Positions 12,829 through 24,400 of a stretch of 64,000 bases of DNA are shown one piece after another. Within the stretch, counting starts at the first letter, position 1. Each line of letters starts with the position of its first letter. The translations under genes were made by a program, and so were the position numbers. The notes below the pieces were generated by a model. The model was not told the DNA's origin, ran no database searches, and saw only the letters and a list, made by a program, of their open reading frames with translations. The stretch is from Hydrolagus colliei (Eukaryota), in assembly GCA_035084275.1 (NCBI GenBank), contig CM068770.1, forward strand, positions 558,001 to 622,000. Direction: 5' to 3'.

Positions 12829-14204
12829 ACCCACAAAATGCTTGCCTGCCACCCACCCACATGCCCGCCCACGCCCCCTCCACCCCCCCCCCCACCCCAC
12901 CCCCCACCACACGTCCGTCTCCCTGCAGAGAGGCAGATTTATATTTTTTAATGAAACGCAGCACAAGCCACCAAAGAGAAGGCTTTGACCGGCTGTGTGT
13001 GCCTCCCAGCCGAGACCTCCCTCCTCGCCAAGTGCCAAACGGGAGCGAGAGTCAGAGCGGACGGTTTGCCATCACGGACGCAAGACATGGGGCTGGTTAC
13101 TGACGAGCGATGCCTTGTTTTGGTTTGGTTTGTTTGGGCCGGCGGCACGGCCTGTATGATAGTAACTCGGCAAAGCAGCCATCGTTTGCCATCGTTACGG
13201 AAATGGCCTTTGTCTGTCTGCCCGTCTGTCCGTCTGATTGTCTGTCTGACTGCAGCCTTTTTCGCCCCTTTGACGTCTGCTGACTCCGTAACCCGCCTAG
13301 CGACTGGGTTAGGACCAGTGGTTTGGACACAAGGATGAATTCAGGCTGTGCCTTTCCATGTTAAGTTATTGTCCAAGCTTCCAAACCGTTTATTTTTCCT
13401 CTTCTCTCTCTGTGACCGAATCTGGAGCTGCGTAACTTGACATCACCCTGCCAGGCAGGGGCCTGTCGTTGTCTGGATCTCTCGGTTTTAACCTGAAGGA
13501 CCTCGTCGTGAGTTGGTCATTCTAAAGAAACTGGACTGAAGAATTTCCCCCAAAACAAATCCATATTTGAGCATCGCGGAGTTTGAGCCATCGGTTTTGG
13601 GGAGAGGAGAGTGGATGTGTCTTTCTCGATTTGATTGGGACTTATTTAACCTCAGGAGAAGTCGGAGTGCGAGATGGACTGAGCGTCCGCAGACGAAGTA
13701 GCCGAGTGCCCGCGCCAGACACCACAGGGATTTGGGGGAAGGGAATTTGCTGAGGAACTGATTGTTGAGGATTTTTTTCTTAATTTAAAAACTTTTTTTT
13801 TTTTAGTGATGTGTTTTTTTCGAGATTCTATCGAAGAATGGCAAAGCTTCCTCCTTTTGAAAATTTCTTGGGAGACACAACTGTCTTTCACCCCACACCC
13901 CCCTGACACACACACACACACACACACACACAGAGACAGTTCAAGACCCATTATTCGTAACAGTGAGACCAAATAGCTTCAGAAATAGATTGCAATAAGT
14001 AGTCAATTGTCGGATCACTTTTCCGGGGATAATAATCCTGTTTAATCATTTGTTCACTCAACCCACCATTTTTTGTGGGTCACCGCTGTGCGTAAATTAT
14101 TGTCTGCAAATCTACAATCCACTTTATATTTTGTGACACACTTCGAGACCTCTCAACAACATGAACAGGTGCTATATCAAACCCAAGGATTATTATCATC
14201 GTTG

Positions 14205-14495
14205 AGTCCTGTAGCTAGAGCACTCGGCTCGCAAGCGAGAGAGCCTCGGCCGAATCCCGCCAGGTCGAAACCTTGCGGAAGTTTCCGCACGCCTGCTAAC
14301 AATCCCTCAAAAATGAACAATAATAAAATTGGTCATTTTCAACCCACGACTGTTTGTGGGGCACGCTGCTGCGCGCAATTGGCTGCCGCCTTTCGCCCAC
14401 AAATTCCGCAAACACGTCAATTCAGTCAATTGGCTTCACTGTATATTTTGCGAAGCGCTTTCACACGTCAAATGGAAGTATTATTTTTTGTTCTG
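14205..14495 (+). mobile_element. tRNA-derived SINE, directly after a 5'-truncated copy (about 13960-14200)
   Basis: gagtcctgtagctagagc head, family core, degenerate tail. Confidence 0.8.
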
Positions 14496-15169
14496 ATTAT
14501 CTCCACTGTATTCCTCATGGCACCTCTTCCCTTTGTTGAATTTCTGTGTCTGGAAACGGCAGTATTGTTGAGTGTTAAATCCACCTTTGGAGTGAGAGCA
14601 CAGGGTGGGCTGGGATGGGTGGTGGGGGGGGGGGGGGGTGGGTTGGAATATGATAATGTGCCAAATAAAAGCTGGAGGGCTCCATCAGGAAAAATGCCTG
14701 AACATTACAGGATTAGCAACCTCAAGGGTACAGTTGCTGTGTTTGTTTTATGACACATTTGCAAACCCAAATAGCCAAATAGTGACATCTTCCTCAGGGA
14801 GGGAGGGGGTAAGAGGGATCTCTTGGACCTGAACTGGCCCCAAGACGTCCTGTTCAATACAATCTAGCCCCTCCGTGACAGTCTCCAGCCCCCGGTTCCT
14901 AAGCGAGGCTGAGGTCCACAGTATATCCAGGGCTCTCTCTCTCTCTCACTGCTGACGACAGCACAGCCCATCCCTGGCTCATTAGCAGGACTTGGAAAGG
15001 CAGACCAGCCATCGAGGTTCTTTAGATTAACCAACCAGACTCCTGTGTCTGGGTATGGAGCAGTGTTAGTCAAGCAGAGGGTTCAGGTCATTTTGACAAT
15101 AGGATATACCAATAATAATTATTATTATTGTAATAATATCACAATAGTGCGATAAAATAATTTGGGGAT

Positions 15170-15292
15170 AAAACGCAAAATCCTGGCAAACGCTGGAAAA
15201 ATCTGAAACAAAACCGAAATGGCTGAGAACTCTTTAACACTCAGCAGGTCAGGCAGCATCTATGGAGAGAGGAAAGTGAGTCAGTGTTTCGT
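15170..15292 (-). mobile_element. Penelope-type terminal repeat fragment
   Basis: Reverse complement reads gaaacactgactcactttcctctctccatagatgctgcctgacctgctgagtg, the same motif as at 50745-50850, 53140-53260 and 62887-62971. Confidence 0.6.
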
Positions 15293-15321
15293 CTTGTGTG
15301 TGTGTGTGTAGATTATGTGTA

Positions 15322-15437
15322 CAGGGTGACCAAAAGTCATTGTACCATTACAATATCCGATAAGTGTCGAGGAAGTGCTGATATTTTGGGTTATTTTTAG
15401 ATAATAGGGTAGATACCACAACTTTTCGGTCACCCTA
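15322..15437. mobile_element. Short TIR element (Tc1/mariner-type MITE)
   Basis: TA + cagggtgaccaaaagt at the left end; acttttcggtcaccct (its reverse complement) at the right end; about 116 bp, non-coding. Confidence 0.6.
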
Positions 15438-15974
15438 TGTGTATATATGATATTATATATGAGCTAATTGCTAGTAAGATGCACTGATTTTGTATGCGTT
15501 GCTTTTTGAAAGGTGAATGAGAAAAAGAGGAATGAAGTTTTTTTTTACAAAAAGGCTGTGGTATTCTGCTTGAAAAGTTTCCACGATTGACGTTTTCTGT
15601 TCATTCCCAGCCTCAATAGTTTTTTTATGTGTGTGTGTATATATATATATATACATATACCAAAAGATATATACACTATGTATAATAATTAGAAATAATT
15701 TGAAGTGTCGCATCAGTTTTACAAAGTGCGCACACTGTCTCAGTCAGTATTTCTATCAGCATTTGTTTCTCCCCAAATTTAAAAAGGCCCAAGTCTTATC
15801 ACATTTAAAAACAACCCATTTCATTTGCAGGAATCTGCTGCCTTTTTTTTTTTGAGTTTACAAAAAAATCTAACCTTTGGATTGTGTTTGATATCATTAT
15901 TCCCACGCGTACCTGAATGCGTTTTCTCTCTTCGCCCGCCTCTCTCCATTTTGGAGACCGATTTGTACGTAGTC

Positions 15975-16378
15975 TTGGAGTGTATTGTTTTCAGCGCTTG
16001 CCTCACAAGTGAAAGGGGGCCTGGATTCAATTCCCGGGCAGGGTGAAACCCAAGGCAAGTGTACTAACTCCGCACACATCTGTTTACCCAGTAGTAAAGT
16101 AGGTACCCGGTTTGTTAATTGATTTGCAGATTTGTTTCTGGAGGTAAATTAATAATCCCTTTCAAAAACATGTTGTAATTTGGTCACTCAATCTACAACT
16201 GTTGTGGGGGACGGGGGAGGGGGAGGGGGAGATACACTGATGTGCGCGATTGGCAGCCGCGTTTCTCTGCGAATTATACAGTCAATTCACTTTACAGTAC
16301 ATTCTGTGAAGCGCCATTTAAGACGTGATAGGTGCTACATCAAATGTAAGGATTATTATTTTTATTATTATTATCATA
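15975..16378 (+). mobile_element. tRNA-derived SINE (gtaggtacccgg head variant)
   Basis: ggattcaattcccgggcagggtgaaacc, gtttacccagtagtaaagtaggtacccgg, core, (att)n tail. Confidence 0.8.
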
Positions 16379-17089
16379 GCTTCTGTTTCTGGACGAGGGG
16401 GAAATGTATTTTCTTGCCAGAGTTGCAAGGGGATTGAAGATCGATTACTGGGGGGGTGGGGGGAATAATACGCTCAGGAAGAATGTGGAGTGGTTCGAAG
16501 TGTCAAATGAACAGCTGCTGTGCAGTCATTGCAACCGAGCTAACAAACCGAGTCAGACGAGAGGTATTTGGGAAGGTTTGTTGAGAGGGTACTTTGTTAT
16601 TTTACTGTATATAAATATATATCGAGAGGGGTAAACAGGGCCCGATTCTGCCGTCCCTCTTACCTAACCCTCGGACCAAGATTTCGTTATGATAAGGCTT
16701 GAACTGTGTAAAGATCAAATTTTTTTTTATATAAAACAAAGACTTGCCACATTCTAAATAAAATGTGTTAAAAGGTTTCGTTTGGGGTCCTTGTGTTACA
16801 ATGCAACATCAAACGACATTTACGTTGCCTATCGCCAGTGGAAAAACATTTCCCCCCCTTCTCGCTCTCTGCTGCCCGAGAGTCGTCTGAACCTCTGGCC
16901 CTCATTAACTGACTTACCCTCTTCCCAATCTTTCCTCCACAAATCCCTCTTCTCCAGCCTCGACTCCCTCGCTCGCCCTCTCCCCCCCCCCCCCCACTCA
17001 CCTCCTGAACCCGTAAATCCCCCTGGTACACTAGCCATCTCCGAACTCTCAAGGCACAAATGCGAGCTGCCGAACACGTCTGGACCAAA

Positions 17090-17935
17090 TCCAAACTAAC
17101 GGTCCCTCAGCAGATTTGGCTGGTTCACACTAAGGCCTACTGCTCCGTCCTTGCCTCTGCTACCGCGCCCAAGTTAATCTTGGAGGCCAAGGACAACCCC
17201 GAGCTCCTCCGCAAACCACCTCCTCCATCCACCCTCCCACGCCTCCATCCATCCTCTCCTCCAAATGCGAGGAGATGCTGGACTTCCTTGTATCTAAAAT
17301 TGAGGGGATCCGTTCAGCCACCTCTACACCATCCACCACTCCCCCCCCCCCCATTACCTCCCCCTCCCCTCCCTCATGCTCCACACCCCCTCCTACCAGT
17401 TTAACCCTATCACTCCCCCCCCACCTTTCTATTCCAACCCCCGCACTATCACCTGTAATGTCCACCCCAGTCCTTCGTCCCTTTTCAACATCTACATGCT
17501 CCTCCTCGGTAACATTATCCGCAGACATGGGATTGACTACAAGCAAATGACACCCAGCTCTATCTATCTCCCTGCCTCTACCCTCGACTCCAGGTCCAAT
17601 ACCAGTCTTAACAGACTGTCAGTCAGTCAGGCATCAAGTCCTGGACGGGCTTCAGCCGTTCTGACCCCAAACCTCCGCAACTCCATCCCGCAGTCCCTCC
17701 GCCTCGCTCGCCCGCCCCCCCCCCCCTCCTCCCCGGCCTCCCTCAAGTCTCGCCTCAGGACCTTCCAGGTTGACGGTCCAATAGGTCACCCCCAAATCCC
17801 ACCTTTCCTTCCCTCCCCCCCCCCCCCATCCCACCCCATCCCCCGTCCTCAGCTCGGGTCTGAAACAATAACCGTCCGGCGCCTTGGAATTGTCCTCCTG
17901 ACTTGAAAGGCGCTACACAAGTTTAATGTTGATTT
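17090..17935 (+). mobile_element. Fragmented L2 LINE directly upstream of the DLAT promoter
   Basis: Remnants LDFLVSKIEGIRS, LFNIYMLLLGNIIRRHGIDY and LRNSIPQSLRL; tail aggcgctacacaagtttaatgttg. Confidence 0.75.
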
Positions 17936-17949
17936 TATTGCGCTGTACG

Positions 17950-18480
17950 TGTACGGGTAAGGGTGGGATTCGAACTCGAATTCTATCTCATTTGTTTCCT
18001 GGGGGGCGGGGCCAGGGAACTAGCTGTCAATCAACAGGTGGGCGGGCACGACGGCGCCGGAAGTGACGCAGTGACGCAGCGGCGTCTCGTCCCTCCCCGC
18101 CTGGAGGTCACTGAGGAGAAGCGGCGGGAAGCCTGGAGTCCGGCGGCGACAGACACAGGCGAGGCCCGTGGCTCGGTCTCGGGGAGGGGGGAGTCTAAAA
18201 AACATGCTACGCCAGGCGGTCAGGCTGAGGCAATGCGCCGGCCAGACGCTGCTGAGAGGCCGGCAACGCGCGGCGGCTCGACGCTGTTACTCGGTGACCG
18301 GCTGCAGGAGCAGGACAGCGAGCCTGAGGCCTACCCGGCAGCAGCTGTGGGTGCCCTGGGTCTCGGCCAGGAGATGGTACAGCCTGCCCCCCCACGAGCT
18401 GGTGAGCTGCGGGTGTTTTTTTGTTTGTTTTCTGCGGGGTCAGGCAGTCAGGACAGCCCGAGGCCTGAGGCCCAGTGTTT
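17950..18480 (+). promoter_or_regulatory. DLAT CpG-island promoter/exon 1 with GC box and ETS/CRE-like motifs
   Basis: CpG-dense stretch spanning the DLAT ATG. GGGGCGGGGC at 18003-18012; CCGGAAGTGACGCA at 18057-18070; second GTGACGCA at 18071-18078; no obvious TATA box. Confidence 0.7.
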
Positions 18481-21400
18481 CCCCCCCCCCCCCCCCCCCC
18501 CCCCCCTCCCCTCCGCCTCAGCTGTAATAATATACATAATAATAATAATAACTTTGCATTTGATTTACCGCCTCATCGCTATATATCAAACCCACCCCCC
18601 CCCAAATACACACACACACACACACACAGCTCTCCGAGTGACCTCAGGGTAGGGAGGGTCGCAGGGGGAGAGAGAGAGAGAGAGGGGGGGGGGGCGGGGC
18701 TTGGGAGGTCTTTCTGACACTAGAACAACAACAACTTTCCAGTTGTATCGGGCCCTCAGAGCGCTGAACAGCTTCCTGTTTGACTGTGATTATTATCCCC
18801 CCCCCCCCCCCCCCACCCATAGCTTGTGGACAAAAAGGGGCGGCTCCGTCACTGTGAGGCGCTCTGGGGCGCTACGCTGTATAAGCCAAATCGGTGTTGT
18901 TAACAGAGGCGGAGGTTGACTCCAAGCCTAGTGGGTGTGTGTGGGTGGGTGGGGGCGGTTTGCGGGGAGGTGATCATAAGTACGGTTAAACAGGAAAGGT
19001 TTCGGACGACACTTGAAAAGGGGGGAGAGAAGGGGCAAGGCGGAGGGATTGAGGGAGCTGGGGGGGAGGGGGGGGGGGTCAAGGTGGCAGAATTGAGGGG
19101 CGTCGAGAGAGAGAGAGAGAGAGAGATGGTAAATCGGTGGGATTGAGGGAGAGAATGGGTGGCCGAGGCGGTGGGATTGAACGTTCCAGAGTTTGGGAGT
19201 TTGGGAGCATAGTGGCTAAAAGCGCGAACTCCGATGGTGGGGGCCGGAGGGCGTGAGGGTTGCGCAGGGGTCAGTCGAGCGGAGGCACCCGGTAGTGGAT
19301 TGGGGAGTGAGGAGCTCAGGGAGGGAGGGAGGTGCCTGAGTGGTTTTGTTGTTGTTGTTGTTGATATCACATTGTCAAATCGTCTCAATGCGCTTCACAG
19401 GGTACACTGTAATTGGAGTGACTGTGTTTTGTGCTGCAATATGAGATAGGAGATGATTGATGTGACTTGTGCAAAGAAATCTTAGGTGGTTTTGACAGGT
19501 AACCCAGAAGATATTCAGCGCCAATCAGACTACACCATAATGTTCGTTTCTGGTCCGACCTCACCCATGACATAATAGAACTGCCCTGATCTGAGAGGAG
19601 GGGATGATGGAATGAGCTCGGAGCTACGATTAGAGAAGCCAAGGGACCTTATTCACTCTCGAAAGCAGACAACCTTGCAGAGATATACAAGAACAACAGA
19701 GCATGGGATGGGGAAGGGTTGGGATAAGGGAAGGCCGGAGGCACAGTTGAAGAGGAAGATCTTGAGCGAGGCATGGGAGGGAGCAAGGTGAAGGGATTGT
19801 GGGATGGAGTTCCAAAGCATAGGCAAAGAGACTGATAGTGGGAGATATGGAGCAGACCGGAGCCTGCTGAGCGGAAGGCGCAGACAGGTTGATAGGGGGT
19901 CAACGGGTCAGAGAGGTAGGAAGGGGCAAGGCGTGGAGGACCTTGAAAGTGAGGACAAGAATCTTGAATTTGATCCATCTGAGGAATTGGGAGCCAGTGC
20001 AGCCGGACGAGGGTGGGGGTGATGGGGTCGTTCCTTGAGGTGACAAACACGTGTGTCAGGGTTTCAGCGGCCTGAGGGGTGAGGCAGTGACGGAGACGGG
20101 TGATGTGAAGGTAGTGGAAGGTAGTGCTGATCATGGCAGCAACAAAATTATATTTGTTTCATTACATTGCCTTTCATGTCAGCAGGACATCCCAAGGCGC
20201 TGAACAGTCATGGGGTCAGGACCTGAGCAAAGTTGATGGGGGGTGGGGGTTGGGAAGAGTGAGGACAGAGAGATAGGGAGGGTGGGTGAAGGCACCACTG
20301 AAAAAGAATGTCTTGATTCGGGGGTTAAAGGAGGCAAGGCAAAGGTATTGTGGCGTGGAGTTCCAAAAGGCAGGTGGCCATCGCTCTGTAGGGCGGGTCG
20401 TACAGAATAAATATGAGTGGAAAAGGTTCCCAGTAAAAGTGGTTGTAGCTAGGACAATGAAACATTTTTTTTAAAAAGATTATTTATTGGGAGGATGATA
20501 TCAAATAGGCAGGTGGGCCATTTTCATCTGAAACCTTGATATAACCATGAGGAAAGGTTGTAATTGTTCCTGTTGAGGGGTGACATGATAGAGATATTAG
20601 GATAAGTGGAAGAATTCATCATTGAAGAAACTTGTTCTACTGGTATAAAATTCAAGAACCAGAGGACATGAATTCAAGGTCGTGACTAGCGGAATCAAAA
20701 AGGAGAAGTTTGGGAAGAAAGTCTCCCAGGCTGTTGACGAGGTGTGGACTGATTTTACAGGAGGTTAGAGCAGAGTCATTTGGCTTCATTTAAAAGAGAA
20801 CAAGAATTGCACAGACATGTGTGGAGGAAGGGTATTAGAGGGCATGGGAAAGAGCTCATGGAATGGGAGTAGGATGGATGTAGAACAACACCTGTCAGAG
20901 TTACTAGAAGATACATATTCTTATTTGACAAATCTCTCTCAGCCAGCCTGAGTATTGCTGTGGATCTTGGTCTGTGCTCAAGTGCTTCAACCTTCAAACT
21001 GTTCAACTAGGTTGAATTCTACACAGAAGTACATAATTAGTTCATTTCTATGTGGAATTTTTATATACAGATTTGTTCAATGATGTGCTATAAAGTTTTA
21101 CTTACTGTTACAGATGTCATGTGTCCAGTTTAATACTAACCTGTGGTGATGATAATTAAAATCTTTGCATTTGATTTAGCGCTGTTCACATCTTCTAGAC
21201 GTGGTCATGTACACATGAATTGTCAGACTCAACTCATCTGGAACTGAAAATAAAATGTAATGTACAAAGAAACGCAAGAGGGTGGAGCGATAACAGGACT
21301 TTGTCAACCCTAAGTACATTGTAGAGAGTACTGGTTTAGTGCACTGAGTAGCAGGACATATCCTTTAAAACACAGCAGCAAGCTTCTGATCTGTATTGAT

Positions 21401-24400
21401 GGAGAGACGCTGAGCACAGTGGTTTTATTTCCTTAAGGCGAAGAAAATTATCGTTATCAAGTCGCGCTTGGTTTTTACAGAGGAACTAAGATCTAGAAAA
21501 GTTCTTTGCCTCTACACTTTTATCCTGAACTCCTTACTTTCCATACTTGATTCTTGCGAATTTGTTAGTGCTTTGCTCTAAAACTTTATTTACTCTTACC
21601 TGATGTCGATTTACCTAGGACGGAACGATCAGGTACTCATTTTATCTCTAAACCCTTCGTACAGTTTATATTTTCTTCTGTTGCTTCTCTCATATGATGG
21701 AAAGTTGTGATTTTGTTTTAGAAAAATACATTTTTTGGGAAAACTATGTATGTTTACATCTAACCCTCTCTATCTTGTGTATTACTCTTACAAACAAAAT
21801 AAACTGATTACCATTGTTGCTTTCTGTTCATAGGTGACATTACCAGCTCTGTCTCCCACAATGCAGATGGGAACTATAGCTCGGTGGGAGAAGGAGGAAG
21901 GAGAGAAGATAAATGAGGGAGACCTCATAGCAGAGGTACGGTGAGAGCCTGTTTTACAATGGAGCTCAGGATTGGATCTTCTTTTCTTTGTCTGAAACTT
22001 GTTTATTGGCTGCCTGAGTGAACATCCTTGCATTTGTATAGCACCTTATCATGTCTTCAAGACGTCTCAGAATATACTGTAAAGTGAATTGACTGTGTAT
22101 TTTGTGGGTGAAAAATATAGTAGCCAGGGTGACCATTGAACCTTTCTGGCTCCTTCAAATCAACTTGCCACATTGGGTCTCTTTCAATGTAGCATTCAGA
22201 ATGTTGCCAGAACAGAATAGATTCACTCAATGATTATAACAACAACAATTTGCATTTATATAGCTCCCTTAAGCGAGGCAGCATTTCTGAGCTCTTGAAT
22301 AACTATATTGTAAGAGTACTGGCTTGATGCAATGATTGAGTGGACTGAGAAGGCGAGCCATACTGTAACTCTTCCGAGATAATCTAGGCTTCTTGTCAAA
22401 AGGTTTAACAGAAAGTTGTGTTAATTGCAAATGCATATTGTAAAATATCCTATTGCAAAACAGCTTATTTCTGTATAAATGTTGCCAGAGTTCCTGGGGG
22501 CTCCTATAATTGTTGGAAAGTTGTAGTAGCATTCAACTTGGAACTGTAATTTTTGTGCAACAGATTGCAGGGCGGTTCTCAATAAACTGAGGATGTGTTT
22601 GTCCTGTGTTTATCCTCTTTCAACAGGTGGAAACTGACAAAGCAACCGTTGGCTTTGAATGTCTGGACACATGTTACATGGCAAAGATCCTGATACCAGC
22701 AGGCACTCGAGATGTGCCCCTTGGTACTGTTATCTGCATCACAGTCGAAAAGTAAGCCAGGGCAAACTGGTAAACAACATTTATACAGAAATCTTAATCA
22801 CCAGTGATGGGGTGGGTAGGCCGGTGGGACATAAAGCAGGTCAGTGTTAGCTGAGCGAGAAGGCAGTAATAATAATAATCCTTACATTTGATTTTGCGCT
22901 TTTCACGTCTTCTAGAGGCTTGGAGGTGGAGGAGGAGTTGGTCGCAGAGGGAAGGGAAAGGAGGGAATTTATGGTGACCGATGGGACTGTCGAGGAGGAG
23001 GGTCTTGAGGCAGGACTTGAAGGAGGCAAGGGAGGGATTACGGGATGGAATTCCAGAGCTTGGCAGCAGAGTATAGGGGACATGGAGAAGCCTGGAGCCC
23101 GCTGAGAGAAGGGATCAGGCAAGTTGGTCGGGGCTTAGGAGGTCGAAAAGTTAGGGTGGGGCAAGGACATGGAGGGCTTTGAAGGTGAGGACCAGGATCC
23201 TACTATATAGTGATTTATCAGGTGTATATGATGTCTGAATGCACTTCACAGGATATACTGTAAGGTGAATTGACTGTGTTTATGTGGATAAAATGTAACC
23301 AGGTGCGGTTTCTCCTCTGCAGGTCTGAGCATGTGGCGTCTTTCCAGAATTACACAGCCAGCGATGCTGCAGCAGCAGCCGCCGTCTCTGCCCCCTCATC
23401 AAGTCCTCCTCCCCCGAGTACACCCCCGCCTGCAGCCAAGTCCCCGGGCAGTTCCTACCCAAGTCACCTGAAGGTAAAGAATGGGGTGCACAACCTTACC
23501 TGTTTCGAATCAAGCGACTAAATCAAAATGGTTTCTCTCACAGATGTGGCTGTTTCAGGGTCTCCATATCAATAGAGGACATGATTTGTGATGGTTATTT
23601 GGGAAGGACGGGTTTGCGGGTTTATGGAGAGTGAACCGGATTGCGGGATTGACTTTGAATACCCCCTCTACCCATCCCACCCTTTGCGCAGAATCCATCT
23701 GCCACTGCAAAGCATTCCGAGACTATTCTACCTGAACACTTCTCCATAAATGCAAGTTGTTGTTAGTGGGCGATGATGAAGGTTGCTTGTGTGTGTGTTG
23801 CAGATTACTCTACCCGCGCTCTCTCCCACAATGACCGTGGGCACCGTGCAGCGCTGGGAGAAGAAAGTTGGGGAGAAGTTGAAAGAAGGCGACTTGCTGG
23901 CAGAGATAGAAACCGACAAAGCAACAATAGGTGAGCCTTGCTCAGCACACACATCTCGTTTAATTTCTCCGCTGTTGTGTGTTGTGTCTTGCTCTTTGAG
24001 GACCACTCATTCAATCCTCAATTGGGCATGAGTTGATTCTGGTTTCCTCAGTTTGTTACACTCTATAAAACAATGCTGAGTTGTCTCTTGTCTGTACAAC
24101 TTGTATATATCGAACGGTCTATGGCCTGAGAATATGTTAAATGCTACGACAAGTAATAATAATAATAATCCTTGCATTTCCTACAATCAGTCAATCAAAA
24201 CTTACATTTATATAGCGTTTTTCAAGTCGAGAGCATTTCCCAGGCACTATACAGTTAGGTAGGGACAAGAGCAGAGGGGGTGGGGGAGGTGTAGGATGAA
24301 GAAGAGTAGGAAAATTGACTATATTTGTGGGCAAAACGTGGCAGCCAACTTGCGCACAGCAGTGTCCCACAAACAGTCAGGGAAATGGCGCCAGGAGGAA

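Noticed and set aside
14073-14753. 226-aa ORF in the DIXDC1-DLAT intergenic region
   Set aside because: It reads through two adjacent SINE copies and has no protein-like features.
17963-18652. 229-aa ORF overlapping DLAT exon 1 in another frame
   Set aside because: A stop-poor GC-rich CpG island plus poly-C. The DLAT frame explains the sequence.
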